NCBI RefSeq assembly: GCF_036321535.1
Contig: NC_087437.1
Span: 35,156,001-35,220,000 of the forward strand
Source: Camelus dromedarius
Lineage: Eukaryota
DNA: 64,000 bases
Reading direction: 5' to 3'
The notes below the pieces were generated by a model. That model saw only the letters and a list, made by a program, of their open reading frames with translations, was not told the origin of the DNA and did no database searches. The number at the start of each line of letters is the position of its first letter. Position 1 is the stretch's first letter. The position numbers and the translations under genes were made by a program. Positions 50,771 through 63,342 of this stretch are shown here, in pieces.

Positions 50771-53396
50771 AAAGTAGGTCGTATACCATATATCTCAATA
50801 TTTTAAAGGTCTAGACAAAACTAGTTTAAAGTTATAAACTAAGTCAGCTGGCCATTCCCACCCATCGTCCCTTTCCTGGAGCTGAAGGAGCCTCATGTTC
50901 CCGGGAGTCATCTCACCCTAGAAGTACCTGAGTAATTGCCAGGATCCGCTGGGGAAGAGCAGGGTGGAGTCAGGGGTTGGGGCTGGGGCTCCTGGATGAG
51001 ACTCAGAAGGTCAAAGTCCCCTGGGAGCCGAGGGAGCAGGTCGCCCTTCCCCATACCTTGCTTCTCTAACTCAGGATTTCCAGGCAGTTGAAACACCTCT
51101 CCAAATGATGCCTCTGAGTGGAGGGGTGGGAGGGAGCACAGTGGTCTGGGGAGACCAATCGGCTGAGACCCTCCTTCTGTCAGTGCTCTGCTCTTCCCCC
51201 GTGTGGGCCCTGCTGGCTGTTGCTCTCTTCCGTCTCTCCTCCGCTGCTTCTGCCCAGGGGATGGAGGCCTTCTTGGCCCTGGACCTCATGAAGAGGGTCT
51301 TTCTAAGCTGGGTGACTCTTCATCTGTTGCCTGCTGAAGACACATTGCTGTTGCACCCAAGCTGGGCCAGCCACAGAATGTCCCAGAGATCAGTTGTAAG
51401 AGCTGCCCAACTCTGGGAAAATCATATGCCCACTTTACTTAAACGCCACAGAGGACAGATTTGAATACGTTTATGTTTTTGAATCCATCATTTTTGGCAT
51501 CAAAAAGTCATACAGTTTGAACCAGATTTTCTCATTTCAGTTGAGGAGATACAAAGCCACTCTTACATCTTAGATTTTTCTATGGTCACTATGGAGATGG
51601 CTTCCTTTGTGTTAAGTTTTACATAGACATTTTAGAGAGACAAAGAATTTGGGCGACTGGGTTCCTTAAAGATCTTTCATAGTGAGGGAAACCAAAAGCA
51701 GACATTAGGGACAAACCTTGAATGTGAGCTGCTGATGTTTTAATTGGGACATGCCACTGGTTTGTGGACGGTGACAGGGGCTGGCTATGCTTTGCAGATA
51801 ATGATGTCCGTCTTCACAACTGTTCTCACTGCATATTTCCCATCGTCAGCACTGACGCAGCATTCTGTTCATAGCTTGCCCTTGATTTCAAAGAGTTATT
51901 GAGTCTATAACTGGTAGCATCGGCTCAGAATTATAAAGCACATATAAACTCCACTGAAAGTAAATATAGGGAAAAAGGAAGGGAATTTAAAAAATGTACT
52001 GATGCCCAGCAAGTCTGAGTTTTGGGTCTCACGGGTTGTTGTCTTCATCCTAAGGCATATGAGCCATTAGGCTGGCCTGGATGTGTCCATCAGGGTTCCG
52101 AAGTTTTCCCAGGAGAACATTTCAAGATTCAATATCTTTACCTTCCTCTCCCTTCTCCCCCCATCTCTTTCACATACTCCAGAACAGCCCAGCAGTAAAT
52201 TTATGTTTAGTCCCTGTTTAAAATGAAAATCTTGCACAAAATTTAAGTGTTTTAGTATAAACTATTTCATATCAACAAGTTACCCCAAATCTTCAAGTAA
52301 AACATATGCTCCAGAATAATGTGCCCTGCTACCTGAGACTCTGAATACTACGGGCCAGCCTCCTAATGGTGCGTAAAATTCCATCTGAGAAATAGTGGAG
52401 AAGGACATTTCTTTTAAAAGCGGTGAAGGACCATTGCCTCTGATTCCCTATCATGTCTGAAATCCCATTTGAAATGATGGCCCTTAAGCTGTGTGTTCTC
52501 CTTGACAATGCAGCTAAAAAGGGGAACATAATAAATTATTCACATCTTATTATGCCCTCGCAATGGCTAGTGGTCGCTCAAAGAGAACATGCATTTAAAT
52601 AATAATAGTGGCATAATAATTGCTTATAGGAGAAATCATGAATGAAAATTGAGTGGCAGTTCTATGTTTTAGAGATTGAGGAAACCAAAATAATTACCTG
52701 TAGGTCATGGAACTGGTTACTGAACTCCTAGGGAGTCTGGTCCTCATTTAATTATTTTTGACTACTTAATGCCCAGCATATAGGAAACACTAAATAAATG
52801 CTTGTCAAATGAACAACTGGGGAAAGGAGGATTCACATCTGAGGCCACTGTGATTTCTGTTTGGGAGAACCAGAGGTTCTCAGTAACTTAGAGACAGATT
52901 TACATTAATTCAAAGAGGATTTCTGCTCAGGGTCCCACTCCTCTCCCTGGAACCAGGGGCTCAGATTTCACCTTTACTGCATTTATCTATTCTGTGTCCT
53001 GTCCTGTGGCTTCTTCCTTTGCAAAGCCTTCCTATTAGTTTTTCCTGCTTTTCTCTGGCTCAGGCCTCAATGCCTTCCCTGCTGGAGAATGATACTAGCC
53101 TTCCAGCTAGGTCTCTCTGCTTTCAGACACATCTCCCTCCAAATATTCCGGTAGGCTGTCTGTAGGGTAGTATTACTAACTCACACATCATTCATGCTAC
53201 CCATGGCCTGAAAGCTTTTATTGACGGCCTGTGCCCCATCAAGTCCAGCTGAACTTCTTTCATGGGCATTGAAAACCTTCCTGCTCTCACCTGACCTACC
53301 TTTTGGGGCTTATCTACAAGGGCACTGACATAAAACCTACATTCTTGACAATCTAGTTGTTTTACAACATTTCCTCATGCCTGAGGATGAGATATG

Positions 53397-53411
53397 AGAA
53401 CATTTTGTTCA
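53397..53411. promoter_or_regulatory. Candidate androgen/glucocorticoid-type response element (upstream)
   Basis: AGAACA-TTT-TGTTCA, one mismatch to consensus. Motif match only. Confidence 0.25.
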
Positions 53412-54124
53412 AGTGGGAGGTTACCTTTGACACTTGATGGTTATCAGCTCGAGGATGGGGGATGTGTCTTATACACCTTTGAATTTATTCCCCAACTTAG
53501 CAAATACCCCTGTGGAGAAGCCCACCAGAGGTGCTAATTTCAGCTTCTCCATGGGTCCTATGACAGGAATAGTACAGCAGATGGGACTTGGATGCAGAGG
53601 GCTGTCCCTGATGCTGGGGCCGGGGTGAGGAGATGGGAAAAGGGGAGCAAAAGACTGAAAGTTTTGGGCAAGATTGGGATAGCTGGTGCAGAAGATGTGG
53701 TTTATCTGTTAAAACTTCCTAGAAGCATTTGCTCACTGTGGGCCATCCTGGCATTCTCTGGTGTGGTGAAATATCAGGCTTGCAGAATGGCAGGTGATGA
53801 GAAAGAAACATTCTGCGAAGGGTTCCAACTAATGTCATAGAGAGGACCCAGGTGGGTGGAGACCCCAGTGAAAACTAGCACGCAGGCCCCCAGGCTGAAA
53901 GCTGGGATGCAGGAACCAAGCTGACGGCCAACTTTCCACACAAAGATTGCAGGAAGCGAGGGCCTCATCTCAAAGCAAAAACTGGTCTGAAAATTTTGGT
54001 ACACATTAAGATACCCCAGTGTTTGAGGAAATCTGGCCATTGTTTTCGTGTGTGTGTGTGTGTGTAGGTAGAAGGCTGTGGGTGGTGCTAAGACACACCA
54101 AAGAGCCTCGTGAAAGGGCCTGAT

Positions 54125-54416
54125 TTTTTCTTTTTCTTTTTTCAATTGAAATCTAGTCAGTTACAATACGTCAGTTTCTGGTGTACAGCGTAATGTTTCA
54201 ATCATACTTAAAGATACATATATTCGTTTTCATATTCTTTTTCATTATAGGTTACTACAAGATATTGACTCTAGTTCCCTGTGTGATACAGATGATATTT
54301 TTTAATCTATTTTATATATAGTAGTTAATATTTGCAAATCTCGAACTTCCAATTTATCCCTTCCCACCCCTTTCCCTTATACCCTAGTAACCATAAGTAT
54401 GTTTATTATGTCTGTG
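54125..54416 (-). mobile_element. Short L1 3' end
   Basis: attgaaatctagtcagttacaat...gtttctggtgtacagc...aatttatcccttcccacccc...agtaaccataagt. Confidence 0.8.
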
Positions 54417-55585
54417 GTCTGTTAACTGCAGAGATAAAACCTGGGTTTAGGACAGCTCTGATTTCAACTATTCTCTTAACTCTTCCCAAAATAGCATTCA
54501 TATTCATTCTACTCTTTGCCTTTATATCTCGTGGTGAAAGCATAGCTCTTTTCTATCATAACACCACAGCCAGGGAACTTCCTTAAATACAAAGAGAACA
54601 CTTTCTCTTTGCCTCATTGCTTCTTGAGAACTCTTTTTTGCGCTTGGCCAGAGGGTCAGCCCTCAGAATCAAATCCAAAGTGAAGCTCGGCAGAGGAAGG
54701 TGGGACCTACAGGCAGAGAATTCTTTTGTTTCTGGCCGTGGATTTTTCAGCACAAGAGTAAGGACCCTTAAAGTTGTACAGTAGATCAAAGGTCAGGAGA
54801 TGTCAAAGGTTATCACCAGGAATAGAATATTTTCCAGCTCCAAAAATTCTTCTCAAAGCAAATATGTACATTTGATACCTGCAAGTTTTGAATGTGCAAA
54901 CATTGACTCAGGAGATGGATGAACCCATGCTCTCTCTGTTTTTTTTCTCAAGGGTTGGGCCTATTATGACTCTGACTAAGGGTTATACATTTTTTCCTTG
55001 CCACCTGATGTATTTTCTAGCATGGGGTGCTTTCTCAAGAAAATATAACATCTATGGGAAATGTTAAACAGGTTTTTATCTTCCAGGGGCCCCCCTTTGA
55101 CAATTCAGGTAATGGTTTAGGCTAAATAACCTGGTCTCACTCCATCAGTTCTTTAGTGACCTCAGCTGATGACTCCCACCAGGTCACCAGTAGATTTGAT
55201 GGGAATTCCCAAGTTGTTTGACTCATTATTTTGAGACTGGTGGAAAAACACATAAGCAAAGAACCTTGAATGATGGAATTCCAAAAAGTTTTCAGAATTA
55301 GTTTTGGAGATAAATGTAAACTAAACTGTAAAGCAGTATACTTACATAAAATCACAAACTGTAAGGCAGTATACAAAGTAGCTGTTCTTAAGTACGATGT
55401 GCCAAGCAAGGTATTCATGGTTGAATCATTAACATCGACCAAGATTGTCAGAGAGTACCATGATTCAACACCACCTCAAGTTTCTACCTTTGAGGTGAAG
55501 AGCAGACCAATAAATCATTAGGCAACCTATCTGACACCTCAATTTCATGAAAGTCTATAAGGTCATCTTCAAAAAGTTGATTACA

Positions 55586-55730
55586 GGGGGAGGGTAGAGC
55601 TCAGTGGTAGAATGCATGCTTAGTGTGCATGAGATCCTGAGTTCAATCCCCAGTACCTCCATTAAAAAATAATAGTAAATAAAGAAAACCTAATTACCCC
55701 CCAAAAAGATTTTTATAATTTTTTAAAATT
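55586..55730 (+). mobile_element. tRNA-derived SINE (Vic-1-like)
   Basis: gggggagggtagagctcagtggtagaatgcatgcttag...gagttcaatccccagtacctcc followed by an A-rich tail. Confidence 0.85.
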
Positions 55731-55744
55731 AAAAAAATTTATAT

Positions 55745-56338
55745 ATATATATTTATTGAAGGATAGTCAGTTTAAAATGCTGTGTCAATGTCTGGTGTAG
55801 AGCACAATACTTCAGTCATAAAGTAACATACATATATTCGTTTTCATAATCTTTTTCATCATAAGTTACTACAAGAGATTGAATAGTTTCTTGTGCTATA
55901 CAGTATAAACTTGTTGTTCATCTATTTTACATATAGTAGTTAGTATCTGCAAATTTCAAACTCCCAATTTATCCCTTCCCACCCCCTTCCCCACCCCCCA
56001 ACCATAAGTTTGTTTTCTATGTCTGTAAGTCTGTTTCTGTTTTGTAAATAAGTTTGTTTGTATTTTTTTCTTTAGATTCCACATATAAGTGATATCTTAC
56101 GGTATTTTTCTTTCTTTTTCTGGCGTACTTCACTTAGAATGACAATCTCCAGGTCCATCCATGTTGCTGCAAATTGTATTATTTTATTCTTTTTTATGGC
56201 TGAGTAGTATTCCATTGTAGAAATATACCACAACTTCTTTATCCATTCATCTGTTGATGGACATTTAGGTTGTTTCTATGTCTTGGCTATTGTAAATAGT
56301 GCTGCTGTGAACATTGGGGTGCATGTATCTCTTTGAAT
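55745..56338 (-). mobile_element. L1 3' fragment (~600 bp) adjoining the SINE tail
   Basis: tttattgaaggatagtcagttt...ttagattccacatataagtgatatc...ttatggctgagtagtattccattgt...gaacattggggtgcatgtatct. Confidence 0.85.
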
Positions 56339-57329
56339 TTAAAAAAAAGTTAATTACATCAAGAGGCATTTTTAGGTGCATAAATTTAATCTGTGATGTA
56401 TCCAGTCATTGGCCCTAGGAATGGATATAGGCTATTGAGACCCACTGGAAGCTCCCCCACCCCAATCCCTGATGGTGCTTGCCCTCTCAGGCACCAATGG
56501 TTCTGAGCAATGTCTCCATGTGGCCCCTAATCCCTGCCAGGGGAAACCTGCATTTGAGGAAGGGTTTTCCCTGAGGCCTTGATCTCCTTTATATCAGCGT
56601 TTGGGGGACTCTTGTTCTAGGCTATCTCCTGCTTTATGCTTCTGGGCATATTGCTGTCTTGAGGATCTTGGATGCAAACAAACAGGTGAAACAACCGTCC
56701 ACATTCTTAATCACATCTTACATGTGCAGGCACAGTGCTTCACCGGGAATGGGCACGTGCCCTCTGTAAGCAGTACAGGTGGTATTAGCCCCATTTTACA
56801 AACATGAGCAAGGGACTTGCCCAGGGTGTAACTTCAGTTCTTAATACGTCTTAATTCTTCTGATATGTAGCTCCGATTACCACTGGGAAGGTTTCACAGA
56901 ACTTGGAATTCCTGGCAATAATTCTTAAAATTAATTCTTGGAATATTATTTTTGGAGTAAGCTGTGACTCTGGAAATTTTTTAGCTTAAAGAGGTTTTTT
57001 GGAAATAATGTCTCATCTATGTGATGGCCCCATGTTGCCCCCTTATGGAACTTTTGATATTTGCAAAATTCTTTACTGAATTAGTCTTTATTAGACTGAG
57101 AGAAATAAAACACGATTTACAAGCGTTAGTTTCTCTCAGGGTAGCGTGTTATCTTACCACGTTCATATATTAAATCAACCATTACCGAAATTTTGCCAGA
57201 TTTAAGGAAAATGTGATAATAGGAAAATCTACAGAAAATTTTGTGAAAATTTCTAACTATATGTCTTAGCCTCTTTCCCCACATCCTCAGGACTAATCAT
57301 TTAGTATACATCTTTAAAAAAAATTCTTT

Positions 57330-57496
57330 TCAAATTTATTGTTTTAAATTTGTGTTGTTTTTAATTTTTTAAGATTTTCAGAGGGATGGAATTAGGCTTG
57401 TTTGTTTATTTATTTATTTGATGGAGGTACCGGGGACTGAACCCAGGACCTTGGGCATGCTAAACCCGTACTCTACCACTGAACTATACCCTCCCC
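57330..57496 (-). mobile_element. tRNA-derived SINE (Vic-1-like)
   Basis: Reverse-strand SINE body ending ctctaccactgaactataccctcccc. Imperfect TSD gta(t/c)acatcttt. Confidence 0.8.
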
Positions 57497-58364
57497 ACTG
57501 TACACATCTTTTTTAAATGTATCTAACAAAATGGGATGGTGGTCTTAATATTTTATGAAATGTGGGGATAAGACAGCTTATTTTAAGTTTCATATTTGTG
57601 AAATGTTTGGAAATTTGGTTAAGTTTTTTTCTAAAGGTGAGTTTGAATGCCAGCTCTGCCCCTTGTTGACTGCATAACTTCTTATCATGACTCTTAATTT
57701 CCCTGAGCCTCAGTGTCTTTCTCTGTAAAATGGGGAGAATGGCACCATTTGTGAAGCATTTGAAACAATTCCTGGTGCAGAGTTTCCATGCAGGAGTAAA
57801 AGTAGTAGCAGTGGTTGGAGTAGTGGTAACCCCTGGGTCCTAGTCTCCTCAATTATTACACGGGGAGATTGTCATGCAGGAGTTCCGAGGTCCTCTCCAG
57901 TTCTTATAGCTCTGATCCTAGGGATGCAGGGTAAATGAGGAAGGAGGAAACACTGAGACCTGTGTTTTCCTTTCCTCCCATCTGGGAAGGCCCTTCCCTC
58001 TCCACCATGCCTGGGAGGAGCAGGAATTTCAGTTAATTGGCCAGGAAGGGTTCCTGCTGTGGCTGCTGTTTCTGAGCACTGAAGGGAGTTAGGTGCAATG
58101 GGGGTGACTTCTGAAACTAGACCCCCACCTGGCGGGTCAAACCACTCTGTCCCTAGGACCATGCTCTCCCTAGGACCATGCTTTCCTCCTTTTCCATTGA
58201 GGAAAGACCTGGCAGGTAAGTGGGAGTGGAGGGTAGGCAGTGACAGCGGTTGCGGGGAGGTTGGTAGGACACTCATTGGTGTCTATGAGGGAGTGGAGAG
58301 AGGCACACCGAAGAGACTGATGATGGAAGTTCTGCCTGTTGTCCCCAGGTCTCAACTTCACCAT

Positions 58365-58950
58365 TGTTGAAAATAAACAGAGCCAGATGCGAGGTAAAGC
58401 AGTGAAAACAGACTTGATTCTGTAGCTACTGAGAGGTGGGGAAAGAGCTGAGCTCCATTCTGATTTGTGTAGAGTCAACTGGGCATTTTAAAGGGAAAGT
58501 AGGGAGGGGCAAGAGTGGGGTATCAGAAGACTGGTAAGAAGTGGAGCCGTCAGTGCCTGACGTTGGGATTCTATCCTCCTGCAGACAGTGGGGAACAGAG
58601 GCCCTATTATCTGATGGTGACATTTCAAAGGTATGGCTCTGGGATCTTGAGAAAGACACTCCTGTGCTGTAGGAGACCCGCATGCATCTCACAGGGACAG
58701 AGGGAGGCATCTCGATGGAAAGCTCTTTTAAGAAAACACTCTAAGAAAGGGAGGTTGGGGCCTATTCTCAGGTGTTGGCTAGGAAAATAGTAATTTTTCC
58801 TAGCCTCATCTGTTTTCTCAGGCAGACATCTTCATGGGGGGGGGGTGGTGGTGGCTGGGGTCTCCCAGGGACTAGCCTCATGCTAGAGTTTGCTTTCTCA
58901 TCGTGCAGAGGTTGGAGTGTAATTCTTACCACGAGGCCTTCTCTGACCAA
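58365..58950 (-). mobile_element. ERV1-class LTR-like relic (MER67/MER31-like, tentative)
   Basis: Begins tgttgaaaa...aaagcagtgaaaacagacttgattc. Contains gagctgagctcc and ggctctgggatcttgagaaagac motifs seen in antisense ERV1 LTRs. Boundaries uncertain. Confidence 0.4.
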
Positions 58951-59914
58951 TAGAAGCCCTCGCGGGTCTCCATCTGCGGCTTTGGGGACCTTTGGAAACC
59001 AGAGCCTTAGAAGTTCGTCTACTCACTCCACAAGGATGAGTTGGGAGCCTTCTGCATGCTGGGCGTGGTTCAAGAGTTAGGAGTCTTCGGATTGTTTCTT
59101 TCTCTGGTTGTTTTAGTTGGGTTAGTTTTACCTTAACTAAATAGCTTCATTGAGATTAGAGACACTCTCTCATTCTTGTCTCCCACATGGTATATAATTC
59201 AGTAGAGCCCAATAAATAGTCAACTGAAATTATTAAATATAATTGAGCCACACAGAATAAATCAAGAAGATAAAGAAAAATGCTTTGAAACAGAAGTTGA
59301 GTAGTTTGACTGTTAAGTGGAGAAGAAAAAGAAAATGACAATGTTGAAAGGATAAAAGAAATTACTGTACTACCCTTTTTGACATGAAGAAGAAACTGAA
59401 ATTCACTCTGAAGGCCAAACTAACTTCCCTTATATTTCTGAAATACTCTAAAAGATATTTGCTATTTGCTTCCTTAATTACAAGGAAGGAATGAATCTCT
59501 GAGATACATTGTGTAGGTGACATTGAAAGTACATTCGTGTGTGTGATTTAACATTGCTGAAATTAGTAAAAATTTCTCCTAGTTTAACATTTATCTAAAC
59601 CCTAAGAATAGGTACAGAGAAATTTATTCCTTCTAGATGCTAAGAATATTCTCAGATCTTGCCAGCTCTGCAGCAAACAGAGTGGGTGGTTCTTGGATGG
59701 CAGGTTTCTCTGGAGGGAGGCCAGGCTGCAGTTGGCTGTGTTGTAATGTTTTCATCCGAGGTATTGGCATGAAGGCTTCCGCCACTGTTTCTAAAGGAAG
59801 GTCATGGTTGTGTAAGGGTCAGGGCTGGCACAGAACTGAGAGAGATGGGGCTACTTTTACAAAGATGCATGCATTGTATCCAGTGCCCTTGTAGCCTCAA
59901 CATGTCTTCTATTT

Positions 59915-60130
59915 CAGTGGTCTCAGCTGGGGTGCTTTTGCTTCCCATGGGACATCGAGCCATATCTGGAGACATTTTTGATAGTCATAATTGGGGGACT
60001 TGCTATTGGCATCTACTAGGTAGAGGACAGGGATGCTGCTGTACACCCTACAATACACAGGACAGCCCCTCACAACAAAGAATCATCCACCCCCAGATGT
60101 CCAGAGTGCCAGGATGGAGAAACCCCATTC
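59915..60130. mobile_element. MER20 DNA transposon
   Basis: cagtggtctca..tgggg...tctggagacatttttg...ggcatcta..ggtagagg..agggatgctgc...cctacaat..acaggacagccc..cacaacaaagaat...gagaaaccc. Confidence 0.8.
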
Positions 60131-60185
60131 TATATTGTAAGACAAGGAAACCAGTTTCTTGCTTAACTGTGTCAGCTAACATCTT

Positions 60186-60404
60186 ACTACTCCAAGTGTG
60201 GTCCCCAGATGACATCAGAATCACTTGGAAGTTTGTGAGAAAGACAGACTCTCAGGATCTACTCCAGACACACTGGATTAGAATCTGCACTTTCATCAGA
60301 TCCCCAGGTGGTTTCTATGCATGTTTAGTTTTTTAAAATTATTTTTTATTGAAGTGTAGTTGATTTACAATGTTAGTTTCAGGTGTACAGCAAAGTGATT
60401 CAGT

Positions 60405-60483
<79 letters not shown>

Positions 60484-60610
60484 AATTTCTTTTCCATTAC
60501 AACTCATTACAAGAAATTGAATACAGTTCCCTGTGCTAAAAACTAAGTCCTTGTTGTTTATCTATTTTATATATAGTAGTGTGATATGCATGCTTAATTT
60601 TGAGAAGCAT
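60186..60610. mobile_element. MER5A-type element interrupted by a short L1 3' end (60333-60583, minus)
   Basis: ctactccaagtgtggtcc...agaatctgcacttt..cagatccccaggtg resumes as tttgagaagca after the insertion. TSD tatgcatg(t/c)tta(g/a)tttt. Confidence 0.75.
60408..60478. repeat. (AT)~35 microsatellite
   Basis: Direct reading. Confidence 0.97.
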
Positions 60611-61547
60611 GACTAACATTCTGAGAAGCACAGAGCACAAGGCAGTGTGGTAGGTGCTTCAGGGTAACCAGGTCAAGAAGAGACCGAGTCCTGGCTCTGT
60701 CCAGGTAATATCTTTAAATGTACAAAAACTTACTTCTCCATCTATTTTTGTTTTTCATTTTCCTTTAAGTATCATTCATTTCTTTGCTCCTTTTATCCTT
60801 TCTTCCTTCTTTTTCTAGTTACTCTGCTTCACTGAAGATGCATCCATTTGTCTTTATCCCATGTGTGTATACTGCCTTTTCTAGGTCTTTAATTTTGAGC
60901 CTCTTGATGCAAAGGAAAAAAAAGGGGGGGAGACACTTATCTCTTTAATTAAAGAAAATTGGCCTAGAGGGGAGAAATGAGTAGAATCTGGAAGGACAGC
61001 CATACTTTCTGAAAACTGATATAACACAATTAAATTCAACCTTCCTGCACTGAGCCTTTGGTGGTAAGATATTAAAAAGGAAAGCAGTAAAGCTTATCCA
61101 GTACTAATTTAATCAGAAGCCAGTGCAATCAGTCTCTTTGATATACCTTTTGTCAACACAACTTTAGGTTTTGAATAGACAACCTAAAACTCTGGAAATT
61201 TATAGTGACTTATCAGCAAAATTTCTGCTGAACCTAGGAATAACAATAGGTCTGATGGAAAAATAAAATTTAGTCTGCATACCATGCAGCATACCATAAC
61301 ATTATGGAGGTTTTTAGATAGATTATTTAGAAATTCTCTCTCTCCTTTAAGCTTTTGCCTCTGTCAAGTTCACCATCAATTAGCTCCATGTTTCTCTCCA
61401 GGAAGTATGAGCTAAAAATTTAAACCATTAAAGCAAACTTCAATTAGACAAACATTTTCTAAGCACTTAGTGTTTGCAAGAACTGGAATAAGAATTATGA
61501 AAGATTAAAAAGTTAGGATTAACAATCTCTGCCCTAGTTTATAATCT

Positions 61548-61548
<1 letters not shown>

Positions 61549-61580
<32 letters not shown>
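61549..61580. repeat. (GT)~16 microsatellite
   Basis: Direct reading. Confidence 0.95.
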
Positions 61581-61587
<7 letters not shown>

Positions 61588-63192
61588 TGACGGGGTGGAT
61601 AAGTATATGCAGAAGTTTGTTCACAGTAAGTATATTAATACACAAATCAACCAAAAGCTGGAGGAGTCTATAGAGAAATATGCGTGCTTAGTGTTTCTGT
61701 TATTAAAAAGTGGATTTTAAAATTAAAAAAATGAAAACAATGACTGAAGATGTTCCAGCTCCTTAAGCGCTGTTGTTTTCTCAGTGACATTTTATATCCT
61801 GGTTAGCAATTGTGTTAAGTTTCAGGGAAGTTTAACTAAGGAGCTTAAGTAGATCTGATATTCTCAGAAAATTACTGCTCCTATTTATGCCTGTCCCCTC
61901 CCCCCATTTTTTCATAGCTATATTTTTAAACATTTCTCCATAACTCTCCCCCCTCCCTTAAAACTACAATTGTACTAAAGCAGAGACTTATTCTTTTGAT
62001 TGGGAACCTAAGTCATACATGGAAGATAATGAAAATATTATGTAAATATTGAAGAGAACCTACTAAAAACAATCTGTAATGGACTTTTTCATCAATTTAA
62101 TTGAATAAAATTCATCTTGCTTAGGAGTGACTTTTTAAAAATAATGCCTGTAATAGTCACTGTGCAATTTTTTTCACTTGGCATCTAGTTCAGACTTTAA
62201 TAATGGGGCTCTAGAAGTGATCAGCTTTTCTCTGGGTACTAATCAATATTGAAAAGAGCATATACAATCTGAAATTACAAGAAATGAGAAAGTTAGTCTT
62301 TCCTCCCATACCCCACGACCTTGCAAATGACTCTTTGTGCCAAAAATTACATCAGTATTTGGACTGAATTCCTAAAGTAAATCAAATGATGTTGAATCAT
62401 ACTAAAGCTTCATTCCATTAGGCAATCACGCGGGAAGGTTAATTTTCAAAATAAAGTTAGAGAAAACTGGTTGTAGATGGTAAGTTTCATAGGGCGGTGC
62501 TTATCTTTTGAAACTGGCAGGTGTGTCCTCACCATGTAGTATTGATCATTAATCTTAATTTTACTAAGATCACTAGTAATTATGGGTGTGCATTCATCAC
62601 CGTATAAAACAAGTCTACTTTGTTAATAAGCTGGCCTTGGTTTTTCCAAAAATACTTTTATTTGCCCCGAATGTCATGAGTCATATTTCTCTGCAAATGG
62701 AATCCTGTGTTTGCTTCTTCACACATGACTTTCCTGCAGTCATTCTCTCCCATATTCTCATAGCTGCTTTGGACTTGACGTCAAATCTTTGAGAACTGGT
62801 TAGGTGGGTATTTTGTTTAATGAGATAATGAAAATTTCTCTTTGGAACAAAGGTGAACTGGCAAGTTAGGAAGCTAAAAGCTAGTGAAGAAACTCTTGAA
62901 TTCAAAAATTCTGCTTCTGAGAAAATAGATGTCAAGGAGTCATATTTTGTAAAATATTGAACAGATGGATTTTGTTTTGTCTTTCACCCTTAAGCTGATA
63001 TTCCACCAGGTGTATCCTGGTCAGAACAGAAGATAAAGAGGAGAGCCCATCCTCGTGCTAGGAAGGATGTACCAGAGGCAGAGGGAGCACCTGGTGACAA
63101 AGTGTCTGTGTGACCCAAAGTGCTGAGTGTGGAGACATTTTAGGTAGAGTGAGGGCAGAGGTGGAAGAAAACTAGCTTTTGGCCCATTTCTT

Positions 63193-63342
63193 CTTTTTTA
63201 TTTTATTTATTTATTTTTGCAGGGGGGAGGGAGGTAATTAGGTTTATCTCTTTATTTACTTTAAGATGAGGTCCTGGGGATTGAACCCAAGACCTTGTGC
63301 ATGCTAAAGTATGCACTCTACCACTTGAGCTATACCCTCCCC
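63193..63342 (-). mobile_element. tRNA-derived SINE (Vic-1-like)
   Basis: ctggggattgaacccaagaccttgtgcatgctaaagtatgcactctaccacttgagctataccctcccc with a (TTTA)n tail. Confidence 0.85.

Noticed and set aside
59845..60336. Longest ORF in the window (163 aa)
   Set aside because: It is made almost entirely of MER20 and MER5A-type transposon sequence, with no recognisable domain.
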